This document shows, piece by piece, positions 13,270 through 27,091 of a stretch of 64,000 nt of DNA. Source of the DNA: Octopus vulgaris (taxonomy: Eukaryota); assembly GCA_951406725.2 (NCBI GenBank), contig OX597815.1, positions 167,648,001 through 167,712,000 of the forward strand, read 5' to 3'. A program made the translations under genes and the position numbers. Each line of letters starts with the position of its first letter. Positions within the stretch are counted from its first letter, which is position 1. The notes below the pieces were generated by a model. That model made no database searches. It was not told where the DNA came from and saw only the letters and a list, made by a program, of their open reading frames with translations.

Positions 13270-13630
13270 TAATTTGCATGTTTTATACAATCACTTGCCT
13301 AGAGCAAGTGAAAGTTATATATAACTGAAAGCTTCGTGTGGGGACCTGACGAGGGCAGTAGAAAAATACCTTCATATGATGCGACACAAAATGTTAAAAC
13401 CGATATGGTTTTTCTAAGGATGTGGGCAGTACTTGTCAGCACAATCTTATGAATTTCGGTAAGACATGGTTCCCCTGGGATGTTATCGAAATGTATCTAG
13501 CATCCCTCCTTTGTTATCGTACCTAGGGTACCTGCAATAACAGGAAGAGAAATTTAAGATTTCATATCGTTCGTATTTCCATTTCTATGTCTTTACATTT
13601 ACTTAGTTTGTCAAACTCCCTTACAGATAT
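13270..13630 (-). mobile_element. R4/Dong-type (RLE) LINE 3' remnant
   Basis: Minus strand encodes a C-terminal TAHILRKT motif; homologous to 15270-15745. Confidence 0.7.
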
Positions 13631-13667
13631 GTTGTTGTTGTTGTTGCTGTTGTTATTATTATTATTA

Positions 13668-13717
<50 letters not shown>

Positions 13718-13751
13718 TATTTTTATTATTATTATTATTGTTGTTGTTGTT

Positions 13752-14380
13752 GTTGAGTGGGAGAGTAGTGCATGCCATCAAAGTGCCACTAGAGTAAAAT
13801 ATACGAAGCCCAGTATAGCCATCATGACTACCCGTGTGATAAGGGTACACCAGGTACATGCACCACAACCATATGCGCGCGACATGGTAATCTTATATCA
13901 AAATAAACAACGCATGATCTTTCAGGTGGGGCCCAGTTAGAACTTTCTTCGAGTCGAGTAGCCCATTCCACTCAAAAGGTCCCCGTTTTACTGGTCATGC
14001 TTCAAGAACCTTACGAAGAATTCTTGCAGTTCCATGCAATGCTGATTTATGTACGTGTTCTACCTTCGCACTTTCACCAATGTTTTTCAGTCATGTTTCC
14101 AGAGGTGAATTATCCAAACTCCAAAAATTCCTGTCAACACATGGTTATGATGCTCCCTACTACCTCTGCTCATGATCAGAATTGCACATATTGTCAGCCA
14201 CCAAGGGACATACCATACTGGTTATGGCCAAGCAACTGACAAGCAAATCTGTGGTATCGAGCAGAATATTTGCTGTAGCCCATCTTTAATACCAAGATAA
14301 AACAATGTACATGATAACACTTCCATTCAGTTAAGATCAGAAGCAATGAGAGCCACTGTATGGTACTGCAGCAGGTCATT
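13752..14380 (-). mobile_element. ~550-bp non-coding (AAT)n-embedded retroposon, chimeric copy
   Basis: Homologous to 33534-34058, 36838-37343 and 46111-46657; 13985-14090 is replaced by LINE 3' sequence. Confidence 0.85.
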
Positions 14381-14429
14381 TATTATTATTAATGTTGTTG
14401 TTGTTGGTGTTGTTTTTGTTGTTGTTGTA

Positions 14430-15180
14430 TTAAAACTCACAGCTTATATTGCTGGGTATGATGGAAAGTGTCAGTTGTCCACAGCCAGAAGTCTAAGGTG
14501 ACACTTGTTTTACTGGTCATGCTTCAAGAACCCTGTGAAGAATTCTTGCAGTTCCAAACAATGTTGATTTTTGTAGGTGTTCTACCTTCACACTTACACC
14601 GATCTTTTAAAGCCATTTTGGTAGTTGAGTGCTGATACTTCAAGCGCACCAATTACTATTAGTATCACGTCTACTCTCTTCATTGACCACAACCTTCGTA
14701 TTTCCCACTTTAAGTCGTCATAGTGGCTTTCTTCTTTCACATTGATCCTTGTATCAACGGGGCATGCTATGTCGATTATCATACATGTTTTTTTTTTTGT
14801 TTTTTATTCATCACAACAATGTCCGGTTCCGTTGGCTGGTCAGATGATCGCACTAGATCATTGCATCCCACAGGATTTTGCAATTTTCATTCTCGGTGAC
14901 TCCTTCTGTGGTTTGCCAATAGCATTTCTTTGCTCTTTATAGACTGTGATTTCCACAGAGTTCCCAATGGATCATTCTTGCCACAGTGCCATGGCGTCTT
15001 TTGTATTTGCGTTGTGCCACTTTCGCGCATTCGCTAACAATGTGCCATACCGTTTCACCTCTCTCACCACACATTCTGCATCTGTCGCTATCAGTAATGT
15101 TGTTTATTCTGCACTTCATATAATTGGTCCTTAACGCTTGTTCCTGAGCTGCGCATATGAGTGACTCCACGGCATATTTT
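14430..15180 (-). pseudogene. R4/Dong-clade LINE C-terminus (CCHC finger plus restriction-like endonuclease)
   Basis: ORF fragments ESLICAAQEQALRTNY..CRMC..ETVWHIVSEC..YKRRH and IIDIACP..YDDLKWEIRRLW..IVIGAL. Confidence 0.88.
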
Positions 15181-15269
15181 ATATACTACCCTGCTTCGAT
15201 ACAGTCCTGGTAACTGATCAAGCATCTCCCACCCTTTCTTCTGGACAAGTACAGTCTTTGTTACACTCA

Positions 15270-15742
15270 CTTGTCGAGACACACCCAGCGTCCTAGGGCG
15301 AGTGAAAGATGAGAGATGCTAGAGTATGCTTGAAAGCTTAAGGGGGGCAGTGGTAGGACAGTAGCGATATATCTTCATGTAATACAACACAGACATTTAA
15401 TTTGATAGGGTTTTTCTAAGGATGTGGGCAGTAATTGTCAGCGCAATCTTTTGGCTTTCTCTGAGACATGGTTCTCCTGGGATATTATCTAGATATTTCT
15501 GACATCCTTTTCTTATCATACCAAGAGCACCGACAATAACAGGAATAGTTCTCACTTTGAGATGCCATATCAATTTTCAGGTCTTCATATTTATTTAATT
15601 TGTCAAATTCCATTACAGATATATTTTTATCAGTGGGAACACTTACATCTATTAGTCTTCTAGTATTTTCTTCTGTCTTTAATGACTATGTCTAGTCGAT
15701 TAGCTTGGATCGTTCTGTCGGTGTTGACAGGAACATCCATGC

Positions 15743-15745
<3 letters not shown>
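15270..15745 (-). mobile_element. R4/Dong-type LINE 3' remnant
   Basis: Minus strand RTIQANRLDIVIKD..LIDVSVPTDKNI..KLNKYEDL..IPVIVGALG..TAHILRK. Confidence 0.8.
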
Positions 15746-15798
<53 letters not shown>

Positions 15799-15991
15799 CG
15801 CAGAATGTAAAAAGATAGAAGATATACAGTTTCTGATAATGTGAAAAGAGTTTAATAAAACCCTTATATTTCAGTAAAGGTTTGATTAAACTTTACGCAT
15901 TATCAGAAGCTGTCTATATTCTCTCTTTTTACATTCTTCGATAACCCAATGCTTCAAGCGAACTACAACACTCTTATATATACATACATAT

Positions 15992-16023
<32 letters not shown>

Positions 16024-16142
16024 TGAGAGAGATACATACATACATACATACATACATACATACATACATACATACATACATACAAACATACATATAGATA
16101 TATATATAGATATATACATATGTATATACATATGTATATACG

Positions 16143-16183
<41 letters not shown>

Positions 16184-16204
16184 ATGTGTGTGTATGTATG
16201 TATG

Positions 16205-16238
<34 letters not shown>

Positions 16239-16262
16239 TGTACGTATGTATCTATATATGCA
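15745..16262. repeat. TA/GT/GA/TACA microsatellite cluster
   Basis: Direct reading. Confidence 0.9.
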
Positions 16263-16679
16263 TGTACCAAGACGTGCTCATGTGCAAAGGGTAAGTGCGT
16301 ACTTGAGTGTGCGCGTGCTGATTTCTAAGTTGATAGTCAAGGCATACCAATTTCTTTTTCCGGCTTAGGTAGATGAGTTTAGTTGAGGTTTGATGGATTT
16401 TAAGTTTTCTGTGTCATTGTTGTTGACACAGTTGTTGTTGTTGTTGGTACAATTGCAGCTGCTGCTGCTGTTGTTGTTGTTCGTGTTGTTGTTGTCGTCG
16501 TCGTCGTCAGTTTTAGATATATTCATTAAGTCAAGATCATCTATGAAACCATTTGATTTTTGAATGTCCTCTGGTTGCCGACTACCAATTACTCGTCATA
16601 TTCATATATGGGTGTCTCTTATTGTTATTAGATAAACTATTAACATTCTTGATTGTCAACATCCTTATTTTCGTTATTA

Positions 16680-17043
16680 GTATTACCTCCGACTTAGCAA
16701 AAGCGGAGGTATTGTTTTCATCCGTGTTTGTCCGTGGACAAGATATCTCAAGAACCGCTCGATGGATTTGGATAAAACTTTCCGAGATATTTTGGCCTTG
16801 TGGCTGGCACGAACTGATTAGATTTTGGGACCGATCCGGTACCGGACGAGGATTCTGGATTATGTTTCCTGTTTCTTTTTTCTTAATTTTTGAGAGCGGT
16901 CGGGTTCATTTTTAGTATTCTCGTTTGTGAGAGCAGTCGAGTTTATTTCAGATATTCTCATTTTAAAAATAATCTCTGGCTAATCGTTGAGAGGACGTTA
17001 ATGTTGCCTTGGCGGAGGTTTGCGCTCTCTGAGTAATTTTGTT
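16680..17043 (+). mobile_element. Non-autonomous Helentron-type element (HINE/DINE-1-like)
   Basis: 5' ttacctccg..gcggaggta subterminal hairpin; 3' ggcggaggtttgcgctctctgagt; T-rich insertion site. Confidence 0.7.
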
Positions 17044-17239
17044 ATTATTGTTGTTGTCGCTGTTTTTGCTTTTGTTGGTGGCGCTGCTGTTGCTTTTGTT
17101 GTTGTGTATAGGGTTGTTTTTATTTTCCTCGGCTGGTATTAAAAGGGAATTATCGCAAAAACAGTTATGCGTGTCTTGGTTATTCTTACAAAATGAAATA
17201 TAAGAAAAATAGAGTAAAAGGGGACAGAGACGTTATACA

Positions 17240-17365
<126 letters not shown>

Positions 17366-18834
17366 ATTCATGCGAAAATACGCTTCGCTTTGCTTTGTAC
17401 GAGAGTAAAGATTCCTTGAAAATATGAAGAAATTGATGAAGCAGCTGGCATTTACGTACATCCTTTTGCTGACGATCTTTTAAATACGTGTGCACTCAGT
17501 TATACAGACGCGTACATCAAACTGTATTGAAATTATATCTGACAGAATCATTAGCCTGCTCTACAACGTGCTTAACGGCGTTTCTTGGGCTTTACGACCT
17601 CGGAATTTGAATTCTAATTTAGATGTCGACTTTGTATTCATCCTTCCGAAGTCGACTACAGAAATATGTTAAAAAGTAACTTAACTATATTGTCTTTCTA
17701 CAACTTATTTTGCTAGTCACTCCGTGCACACTTTCAACTAGAACACTCGTCGTAACCGACGGAGAGCCAAACCTCTGGATGAATGAGAATCAATTGCATA
17801 TTATCGCTTGTTCTGTTCAAGGGAGTTATTGTGCCAATACAAGACAAACAATGTTTCTGTCACATTTATTCTTTTATTGTAATTAAGGTGGCGAGCTGGA
17901 TCAATGGCGGCGGTGAGCCGGATCAAAGGCGGCGGTAAGCCAGATCAAAGGCGGCGGCGGCGAGCTGGCTCACAGGCTTCTTCCAACATCATATCGACTT
18001 TTTCAACATTTGGGTTCTTAAAACATTTCTTATTACCCTAATTTTTTAAAAGTATTTTTATTGCAAATTAAGGTGATTTCTCCCAACATTAATTAGTGTG
18101 AATATAATCAGTAATTCAACATTAATGATAAAAGGTGCGTTGCTAATTAAGAATATTTCGCAAAAACATATAAGATACAGGCATTCTTTTTTTTTTCGGA
18201 CAAATTCTTTGTTGAGAGATATTATTTTTTTCGTAGTTTACAAATACAAGCATGAAAACTTTACTCAACTTTGAAGTTTTTGAGACAGACGCCCCCCTTT
18301 TAGCACACACACAAACACACACATGCACTTATATATTAAGGATGTACCCAAATACATGACAGCTTATCATAATACTGATATCCGCATGAAGTAAACATAT
18401 GCAAATATATTAATAGTACAAATTTCAAAAAAATAATAAAACCATACAATCAATGAAGAAACAAAAGAAACAGTAAGATGATACATGTCGATTTTATTAG
18501 GCATATCTGTTTATTTAGAGACCTACAATGAAGAGGTCAGATACTAAACTCTAAATTTTACAGGGTACAATCTTAAAGTCGACACCGATCCTAAACACAG
18601 AAAATTTCTGTCTCGCTATTGGCTAAAAATATACAGTTTTTTCAATTTTTAAATCTCTATAACTTTTCTCTCCAATTTTTATCTCCACATCATACGATCA
18701 AAACAATGAGACTGGAAAGTTACATTATTATAGTCGATTTACAGATTTTTTTACTGTCTTTTAAAAATGCATATTTTGCGAATGAAAAAACTAGATCTCT
18801 TATTTCTAGCAATGTAGCGGTTTATAACACACTC

Positions 18835-19172
18835 CAGTCGTTTGCCGTAGGATTCTAGGTTTTTGATCTGGTCTCTGCACTAATCTGTATCTGTTATACG
18901 CCTTGTTGGCGTACTCCTGCCCATTATATAAACACACGCGAAGGCGGCGAGCTGGCAGAAACGTTAGCACGCCGGGCGAAATGCTTAGCGGTATTTCGTC
19001 TGCGTTACGTTGTGAGTTCAAATTCCGCCGAGGTCGACTTTGCCTTTCATCCTTTCGGGGTCGATAAATTAAGTACCAGTTACGCACTGGGGTCGATGTA
19101 ATCGACTTAATACCTATGTCTGTCCTTGTTTGTCCCCTCTGTGTTTAGCCCCTTGTGGGTAATAAAGAAATA
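18835..19172 (+). mobile_element. SINE family A with 106-bp extra 5' leader and 16-bp TSD
   Basis: TSD ggtttataacacactc at 18819-18834 and 19173-19188; leader matches 43348-43453. Confidence 0.92.
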
Positions 19173-19239
19173 GGTTTATAACACACTCAGTCATATTTAA
19201 TGATAGTTATAGTTCTCCTTTTTAGTACGCATTTACTTG

Positions 19240-19532
19240 TTTGTTCCTTCTCAAGCCATGCCTGGCTCATAGGGCCGTTTTCCCGGTTTCCTTGACGTAT
19301 AGGTTCCCCACCTGGACGGGACGCCGGTCCGTCGCAGGTGAGCTGCATGATGAATGCAGGAGGAAAGAGTGAGAGGAAGTTGTGGCGAAAGAGTCAGTAG
19401 AAGTTCGCCACTACCTTCTGCCGGAGCCGCATGGATCTTAGGTGTTTCGCTCATAAACACACACATCGCCCGGTCTGAGATTCGAACCCACGATCCCTCG
19501 ACCGCGAGTCCGCTGCTCTAACCACTAGGCCA
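19240..19532 (-). mobile_element. tRNA-derived SINE family B
   Basis: tggcctagtggttagagcagcggactcgcgg head with A and B boxes; homologous to 49855-50175. Confidence 0.88.
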
Positions 19533-20427
19533 CACATTTACTTACAACTGCCTAAATAAATCATGTGTGTGTGTGTTTGTAGATATGCGTCAGTTGGGTG
19601 TGTATGTGTGTGCGTGAGCGTGTTCGTGCTGTGCGCACGTGTATAAACAATTATTATCTACAACATAGTGCATTAAACATTTGTTCCTTTTGCTTTCCTT
19701 AGTGCTTATTCACTTTCTTTTGTTTTGTTTTGTTTTGTTTTTTTTTTGCGTTGATTCAAACAGCCATGCACTTGAATTATATTACACTTCTGTCTACGGG
19801 ATTATATTCAGATCAACGTGTGCTGCTTAGATGTATTACATGGACAATAAATACCACATCAGAATTAATGACTTCTCATATCAAATGATTACAGTGTGAT
19901 CTATTAAATCTCATGATAAACATGACCTCGAGGTTAATAAGGTCACATTATGTAGGCCTACAACATTTAAAGCTTATTTCACATGACTAAATTGTATTCA
20001 CAGTTGTTTCATTATTACTGTCATGTGAAGTACATTAAATACAGAGTAGTCCCCGCGTTTACTTGGTGAATTTTACTGTATCTTCATGGCAATATGAGTA
20101 GCTGTAGGATTCACGTCGCCGAATGTTGATTGTTTTATATATACATATGGTGACTTGGCAGAAATTTAAATGGTGAGAGAGTAAATGTTTTCATATTTAA
20201 CTTCCTTCCTGATGTGACATATTCTGTTAGGGTTCATATTTGTCTTTCATCCTATTTTAAGCCTCCAAAGTTGAAAAATCGTCAACAAAATTGATAAAGT
20301 TGGTACACGGAAAATTGCGTTGGGTAAAAATAGATTTCACATAGATGGATTATGGAATCACTGGGTCTGTGAAACGACTAAGATATCACCATTTTCAATT
20401 GAAAACTCTAAAAGTTTGCTTCGTTAA

Positions 20428-20947
20428 ACTTTCGTTAGTCACCTGATCTTTCCGAACTTGGTTAATCACATGGGGTGTTTACAAACAAAAATGTTTATAG
20501 TTTTAATATAATGTAAAATATATTCATTCTGTTGGTTCAGGATATACTTGCAATCGCTGCTGAAAAGTTTGAAACACTTGTAGCTGATTTATATTTATAT
20601 AAAACAATACAATAAAATAAATAATAAAATTAAGGAAAAACGAAAAAATCTTAGATTCAGATCAAAATTATTTACAAATTACCCAGAATACGACATTTTG
20701 AGGAAATCTTTCAATATTTATGATGAATATTAACAGTAAAAGAATAACATAACAGGCAACCTCCGTTACAATACGCATTAGATCAAAACTTGAACTGCCG
20801 TTAGTCACATGGGGTGATTAGACAAAAACGACGTCTACCTCCCACAACTACTGAGGCATGACTGCGTCACATTATCTGCAAAACACCCTCACTAAATCAG
20901 GGAGCAAAAAAAGATGTTGACAACGTCTCCATGTGACTAACGAAGTG
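20428..20947. mobile_element. Possible piggyBac-type MITE
   Basis: TIR-like actttcgttagtcac / gtgactaacgaagtg with ttaa / taag flanks; internal gtta(g/a)tcacatggggtg repeats. Confidence 0.45.
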
Positions 20948-21089
20948 TAAGAAGAAATTTTCATTGATCTCTATTAATTCACATATCCCAAACCACTGAT
21001 TTGTGAACTAATTTTCAACCCTAACCCTAACCCCCAACTAATGATTCCTGCTCTCTTCCACTTACTTTAGAACCTGGCTACGCCTCTAT

Positions 21090-21238
21090 TGAGTTCCATG
21101 GTGTGGCACCTTGGTAAAGTGTCTTCTGCACCTGACTGACCAAAACTGCATGAATGGATTTGGTAGACACAAAGTGAACGAAATTCGTCATATATAGACA
21201 CAAACACATATACATGGGTGTGTACGCGTGGGTGTGAG

Positions 21239-21287
<49 letters not shown>

Positions 21288-21560
21288 ATGTTTGTCTTCA
21301 TGTTTGTGTGTGTGTGCATGTTTGTCTTTATGTTTGTGTGTATGTGTGTGTGTATGTGTGTGTGTGTGTTTGTCTTTATGTTTGTGTTTGGCCGCCTCTA
21401 CCGATTGACAGCCGGTATTGGTTTATTTACGTCCCCGCAACTTAGCTGTTCCGCAAAAAGAGGACGATGGAAAAAGTACTCGGATACTAGGGTCGATTTG
21501 GTCGACTAAATTCTTTAAAGCTATGCCCCAGCTGTGATTTAATGTGTCACAAATGAAAAA
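21090..21560 (+). mobile_element. CORE-like SINE family D with internal microsatellite, diverged
   Basis: ggcaccttgg..aagtgtcttct, tggatttggtagac, (GT)n, gtccccgcaacttagc tail. Confidence 0.75.
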
Positions 21561-21811
21561 ATTAACGATATCTTCTATCGTAACTTTTACTTGTTTTAAT
21601 TTTTTTTTGGTTTTTTGACTATGGCCATTCTGGGGTACCGTCCTGAAGGATTTAGAGAAACAAATTGACACCGATATTTATTATTAAGTATTGTATTTAT
21701 TCGATGTGTCTCTTATTTTGCATAACTGCTAAGTGACGAAGCCGTAAATAAACCAGCACCGGATCTGAAGTGGTGGTGGTGAGAAAAAGACAAAGATATA
21801 TTTGCATTAAT

Positions 21812-22014
<203 letters not shown>

Positions 22015-22360
22015 TGAATGTATGTATTATATATATATATACATTGCTTATAAACTCTATATTTGGAAGGATTCATATTAAGCTCTGTTGGACTTTTGGG
22101 TTTTACTCAAAGGATTGGAATATTGCACATACACCATTAAACTATAAAACGGATTTACAACTTCAATACCCATATTTTCCAAAAATTAATATATAAGAGA
22201 TAATCGTGTCATTTATCAAAATTTTGGAAAGTTTTTTGAAAATTTTCACCAAAATTTTTTAAAGGATTTTGAAAATTTTGTTCAAAATTTTGGAAAGATT
22301 TTTTAAAATTTTGATCAAAATTTTTGAAAAGTTTTTGAAAAATTTCATCAAAATTTCTGA

Positions 22361-22948
22361 AAATACTCAACAAATACAGCAGTTAATTCTATGAAGTAGT
22401 CCCTAATTTGCTACCGAAAGTTCTTAACCGCTCTATTAACTCTATATATACTCAACGAATACAGCTGTTAATTCTATGCAGGAGTCCCTAATTTGTATAC
22501 CGAAAATGTTTAACCGCTCTATAAACTATATATATTCAAGAAATGAAGCAGTTATTCTATGCAGGAGTCCCTAATTTGCATACCGAAAATGTTTAACCGC
22601 TCTATAAACTTTATATGTACTCAAGAAATACAGCAGTTATTTTATGCAGTAGTCCCTAATTTGCATACCGAAAATGTTTAACCGCTCTATAAACTCTATA
22701 TATACACAAGAAATGAAGCAGTTAATCTATGCAGGTGTCCCTAATTTGCATACCGAAAATTCTTAACCGCTCTATAAACTCTATATATACTCAAGAAATC
22801 CAGCAGTATGTTTAACCGCTCTATAAACTTTATATGTACTCAAGAAATACAGCAGTTATTTTATGCAGTAGTCCCTAATTTGCATACCGAAAATGTTTAA
22901 CCGATCTATAAACTCTATATATACTCAAGAAATACAGCAGTTATTCTT
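22361..22948. repeat. ~85-bp minisatellite, about 7 copies
   Basis: gtccctaatttg anchor at 22399, 22484, 22567, 22652, 22737, 22871. Confidence 0.93.
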
Positions 22949-23086
22949 GCTGTCCTGTTATTATTATCATTAATCATTTATGTATTTACTGCTAATAATA
23001 ATAATAATAATAATAATAATATCTATATGAATAATCATTCGAATATTTACTTATTTGTCGTATATATATAACTACTGCTGACTGTT

Positions 23087-23230
23087 TGCCACAACTTTCA
23101 CTCACTCTATCTACCTGCATCTTGCAGCTCACCTACGATGGACCGGCGTCCCGTCCAGGTAGGGAACCAATACGCCAAGAAAACGGGAAACCGGCCCTTA
23201 TGAGCCATGCATGGCTCGAGAAGGAACAAA
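23087..23230 (+). mobile_element. SINE family B 3' half
   Basis: gatggaccggcgtcccgtccag..aaaccggcccttatgagcc. Confidence 0.8.
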
Positions 23231-23262
23231 CACACACACACATATATATATACATATATATA

Positions 23263-23544
23263 ATGGTTACGTGGCTTAGTGGTTGTTGCACTCACAATCG
23301 GTAGATCGTGATTTCAATTGGTACGTTGTGTTCTTGAGCAAAACACTTCATCTCACGATGCTCACCGATCACATCAACACCTGACGCGTGATACACCGTG
23401 CACCTGTTGTACACAACTTCGATTTGATGGAGAGTGTGATTTAATGTGCTGCAAGAACATTTGATCACTATAAACAAATCATTTGTGCAGGTAGTTCGGC
23501 AAATGCTGAACTCTCATACGTCGGTTTCGACGGGAGAGTTTATC

Positions 23545-23545
<1 letters not shown>
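23263..23545 (+). mobile_element. tRNA/CORE-like SINE, diverged
   Basis: gtggcttagtggt head; ttgtgttcttgagcaaaacactt core. Confidence 0.65.
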
Positions 23546-23608
<63 letters not shown>

Positions 23609-24437
23609 GTATATATGAATGCTTGCGTATGTGAGTTTATGTGCGTGTGTGTGTATGTATGTATAAAAATATATTTGTGTATATATATATATATATAAAA
23701 TGTATATGTGTGCGCGCGTGTATACCCGGTTATATGTGTATACCCGGTTAGTGTAATCATATGGCAAATACATTTAACAATAAAGACACACATACCGTAC
23801 TTGACAAAATTGCAGGTGGTTCAAATACAAAAACATAGCGCCAATTTCCGCTGGGAATTAATTAAAAACCTTAAATTATATTCATGAACTCCAGGCCAGT
23901 TCATATTACAAAACATCGACTCAGCAAAATTCTCACATAATTTACCAGGTTATGAGTTTCGCTGGCAACCTCATCATCTGCTCTTTTCAGAAATTAGTAT
24001 CACATGCAAGTATTTCCCCAACTTTATTTAGCCAAAGTGTTAAAATAGAGTATTCATACATAAACATATCTTGCATCTGTGTTATATTTTCTAGAATTAT
24101 TCAATGATTTCTTTTGATTTTTTTTTTTTTATTCCCGTTGAACATCTTTTCCTCCTCTTTTGTAATTACTTCCCTTTCAGCTTTTTAGTTTTATTCACCT
24201 GCCCCATTTCTCGTCTTTCTTCGTTTCCAGCATTTCTGTTGTTTTCTCTGTCTTCGTTTTTGTTTTTGAATATTTTGTTCTAATATTTTTTTTCTAACTG
24301 CTTCATGTCAACCTCTCTTCGTTTTATACATGATATCAAAAGAAATTTGCTTCCGATTCTTAGCTTCCAGTATAAGGTCTTTTCTTCTCACATTATTGAT
24401 ACCGCCACAATGCTATTTGCATTATTTTTTGTCATAT

Positions 24438-24645
24438 TAAGGTAGCGAGCTGGCAGAATCGTTACCACGTCGAACAAAATTCATAGTGGCGTTTCTTCCG
24501 GCTTTTCATTGTGAGTTCAAATTCCGACTTTGCCTTTCATCCCTTTGGAGTCAATAAAAAATAGCTACCAGGTGAGCACAGGGGTCGGGTCAATACAGTA
24601 AATTTACCTATCCACTCAAACCTGCTGGCCTTGTGCCAGTATTTT
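24438..24645 (+). mobile_element. SINE family A, diverged
   Basis: aaggtagcgagctggcagaatcgtt..gactttgcctttcatcc. Confidence 0.85.
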
Positions 24646-24886
24646 GATTATTTTCCTACTTACCTTTTAGTTAGCCAAGGAGTGATTACGATAAAGAGAC
24701 AGAATGCAGCCCCATCACCAATACAAGCTCATTCTGAAATATCCGGCACCCGCTTCAAATAACTGGCTAAATCAGTGAATTGCAACCATTTTTTACTTAC
24801 GGCCCCCTTCGGTTACTATTTTTACTCAGGTGGACCCTCAATACTACTCGATGTTTAAAAAATCCGATTATGTGTTTTTTTATAAT

Positions 24887-25049
24887 TGTGGCTGTGTAGT
24901 AAGTGGCTTGCTTACTTGCTTACCAACTACATGGTTCCGGGTTCAGTCCCACTGCGTGGCACTTTGGGCAAGTGTCTTCTACTATAGCCTCGGGCCGACG
25001 AAAGCCTTGTGAGTGGATTTGGTAGACGGAAACTGAAAGAAGCCCGTCG

Positions 25050-25088
<39 letters not shown>

Positions 25089-25457
25089 GTGTGAGTATAT
25101 GTTTGTGTGTCTGTGTTTGTCCCCCAACATCACTTGACAACCGATTCTGGTGTGTTTACGTCCCAGTACCATAGCGGTTCGGCAAAATAGACCGATAAAA
25201 TAAGTACTAAGCTTACAAGGAATAAGTCGTGGGGTCGATTTGCTCGACTAAAGGCGGTGCTCCAGCATGGCCACAGTCAGATGACTGGAATAATTTAAAG
25301 AGTAAACACGAAAAGGGATACTTTTACGTCTTGTTTCAGTCATTTACTGCGGCCATGCTGGAGCACTGCCTCGAATTTTTAGTCGAATGAATCGATTCCA
25401 TTACTTTTTGTTTAAGCCTTGTACTTATTTTATCGGTTTCTTTTGCCGAACCGCTAG
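24887..25457. mobile_element. SINE family D (+, 24887-25290) followed by an inverted tail fragment (-, 25320-25457)
   Basis: gtggctgtgtagtaag head, gggttcagtccc B box, tgggcaagtgtc core, internal (TA)n. Confidence 0.88.
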
Positions 25458-26551
25458 TTGGGTATAAAAATATTGTTAAAATATTTTGTGTATTGTAGAA
25501 ATATAACTAATTTATTGCACATAATTTTTTTTCAAAAACAAAATCTTGTATGGAAGGTCATTTGAACCCCGGTGAAAAACCACCGCTGTAAATGAACGTG
25601 GTATAACCGTCATTTTTTAATTAAATTATGTTTTATGTTTTAATTCTGTTGTGTTTGCCTCTGTGTATGAGTCATGCAAACATAGAGGTCACTGCGCAGA
25701 TACTAACACACACACACACATACATATGTACATACACATGTGCACATTTACACAAACGCAAACATGAATAAACGTAGAAAGGCTGCATTTGTTTTTTGAG
25801 TGTTTTTTTCATGTATATATGTGTATATGGATATGAGCGTTAATGTTGTGTAAATATAAGATGTTATGCTTTTATTTACAGTTTAGGCCAATTGAGAAAT
25901 TCAATATCTAAATCTTATGGCCATGAACTCTGTGCATCACTGTTAACAGCATACGAACTCTGAACTCTCTAATCAGGAGACCTTCATTTTATTCATTCAA
26001 CCGGTAACAATCCTTGTCTTTCTACTTCTCTTCTTTTCACTTTCTTTCCTTGTGTGGTCATATGTGTGTGTATGTGTGAGTGTATGTAGGTGTACATGCA
26101 CACGCGTTCATGCGTATGTGTGCGTGTGCGTGTCTATAGAGAGATTAACTATATACATGTGTGTGTGTGTATATATATACTTATATATATGTTTATGTTT
26201 GTAGGCATATCTCTCTATCTATCTGTCTATTCCTCTTCCTCTCTCTCTCTCTCTCTCTCTATGTATATATATATACATATATATACTTACATACAAGCAT
26301 ACATACACACATACATATATATATACATATGTATACATGCATATATATACATATATATGCGTGTGTGTGTATATACGTAAATATATAACTGCTTAACTCT
26401 GTATTGGTGGATATAATTATTTTATTTGTGAATTAAGGCTACCATTGCTTTCATGTTAAGAAAAGTAGAAAAATATCCTAGTTTCTTAGCAATTTTTCAT
26501 GCCGATCACATGGAGCAAGATATTCGGCTCCATTTGGGAAAACATAGCCTC

Positions 26552-26650
<99 letters not shown>

Positions 26651-27026
26651 ATATATATATATATATGGGTGCTTGACCTTAGATAAAAAAAATAAGTTCC
26701 AAAAGTGAAACGGCAAAGGAACGAACGGAAAATCCACTCACAAAACACTGACATGCCCTTTCCTAGTCAGTTAACGTGCCCATAAAAATTCATTACAATT
26801 TCACGTCCTTATCGGTAATATTGTTCATTTTTGGTACCATCAACAACGAAAAGCTGCTGCGAATAGCGAGCGAATGTTGGGGGACAGTGACAAAAACAAA
26901 CACAACACATGTAGTGAGTGCGAATATTAATGTAAATATGCAAACAAAATAAATATACAATATACAAACGAAATGAAGGCGGTGCGACTCTGAGATAAAG
27001 CGTATGTATAAGTAACGCAATGTATG

Positions 27027-27084
<58 letters not shown>

Positions 27085-27091
27085 CAACAAT

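Noticed and set aside
13345-13385. CTGACGAG..GAAA as a hammerhead
   Set aside because: No stem II or stem I pairing
21018-21035. Telomeric (CCCTAA) repeats
   Set aside because: Only about 2.5 units; not a credible interstitial telomere
22361-22948. CRISPR-like array
   Set aside because: Whole units are repeated with no unique spacers; eukaryotic context
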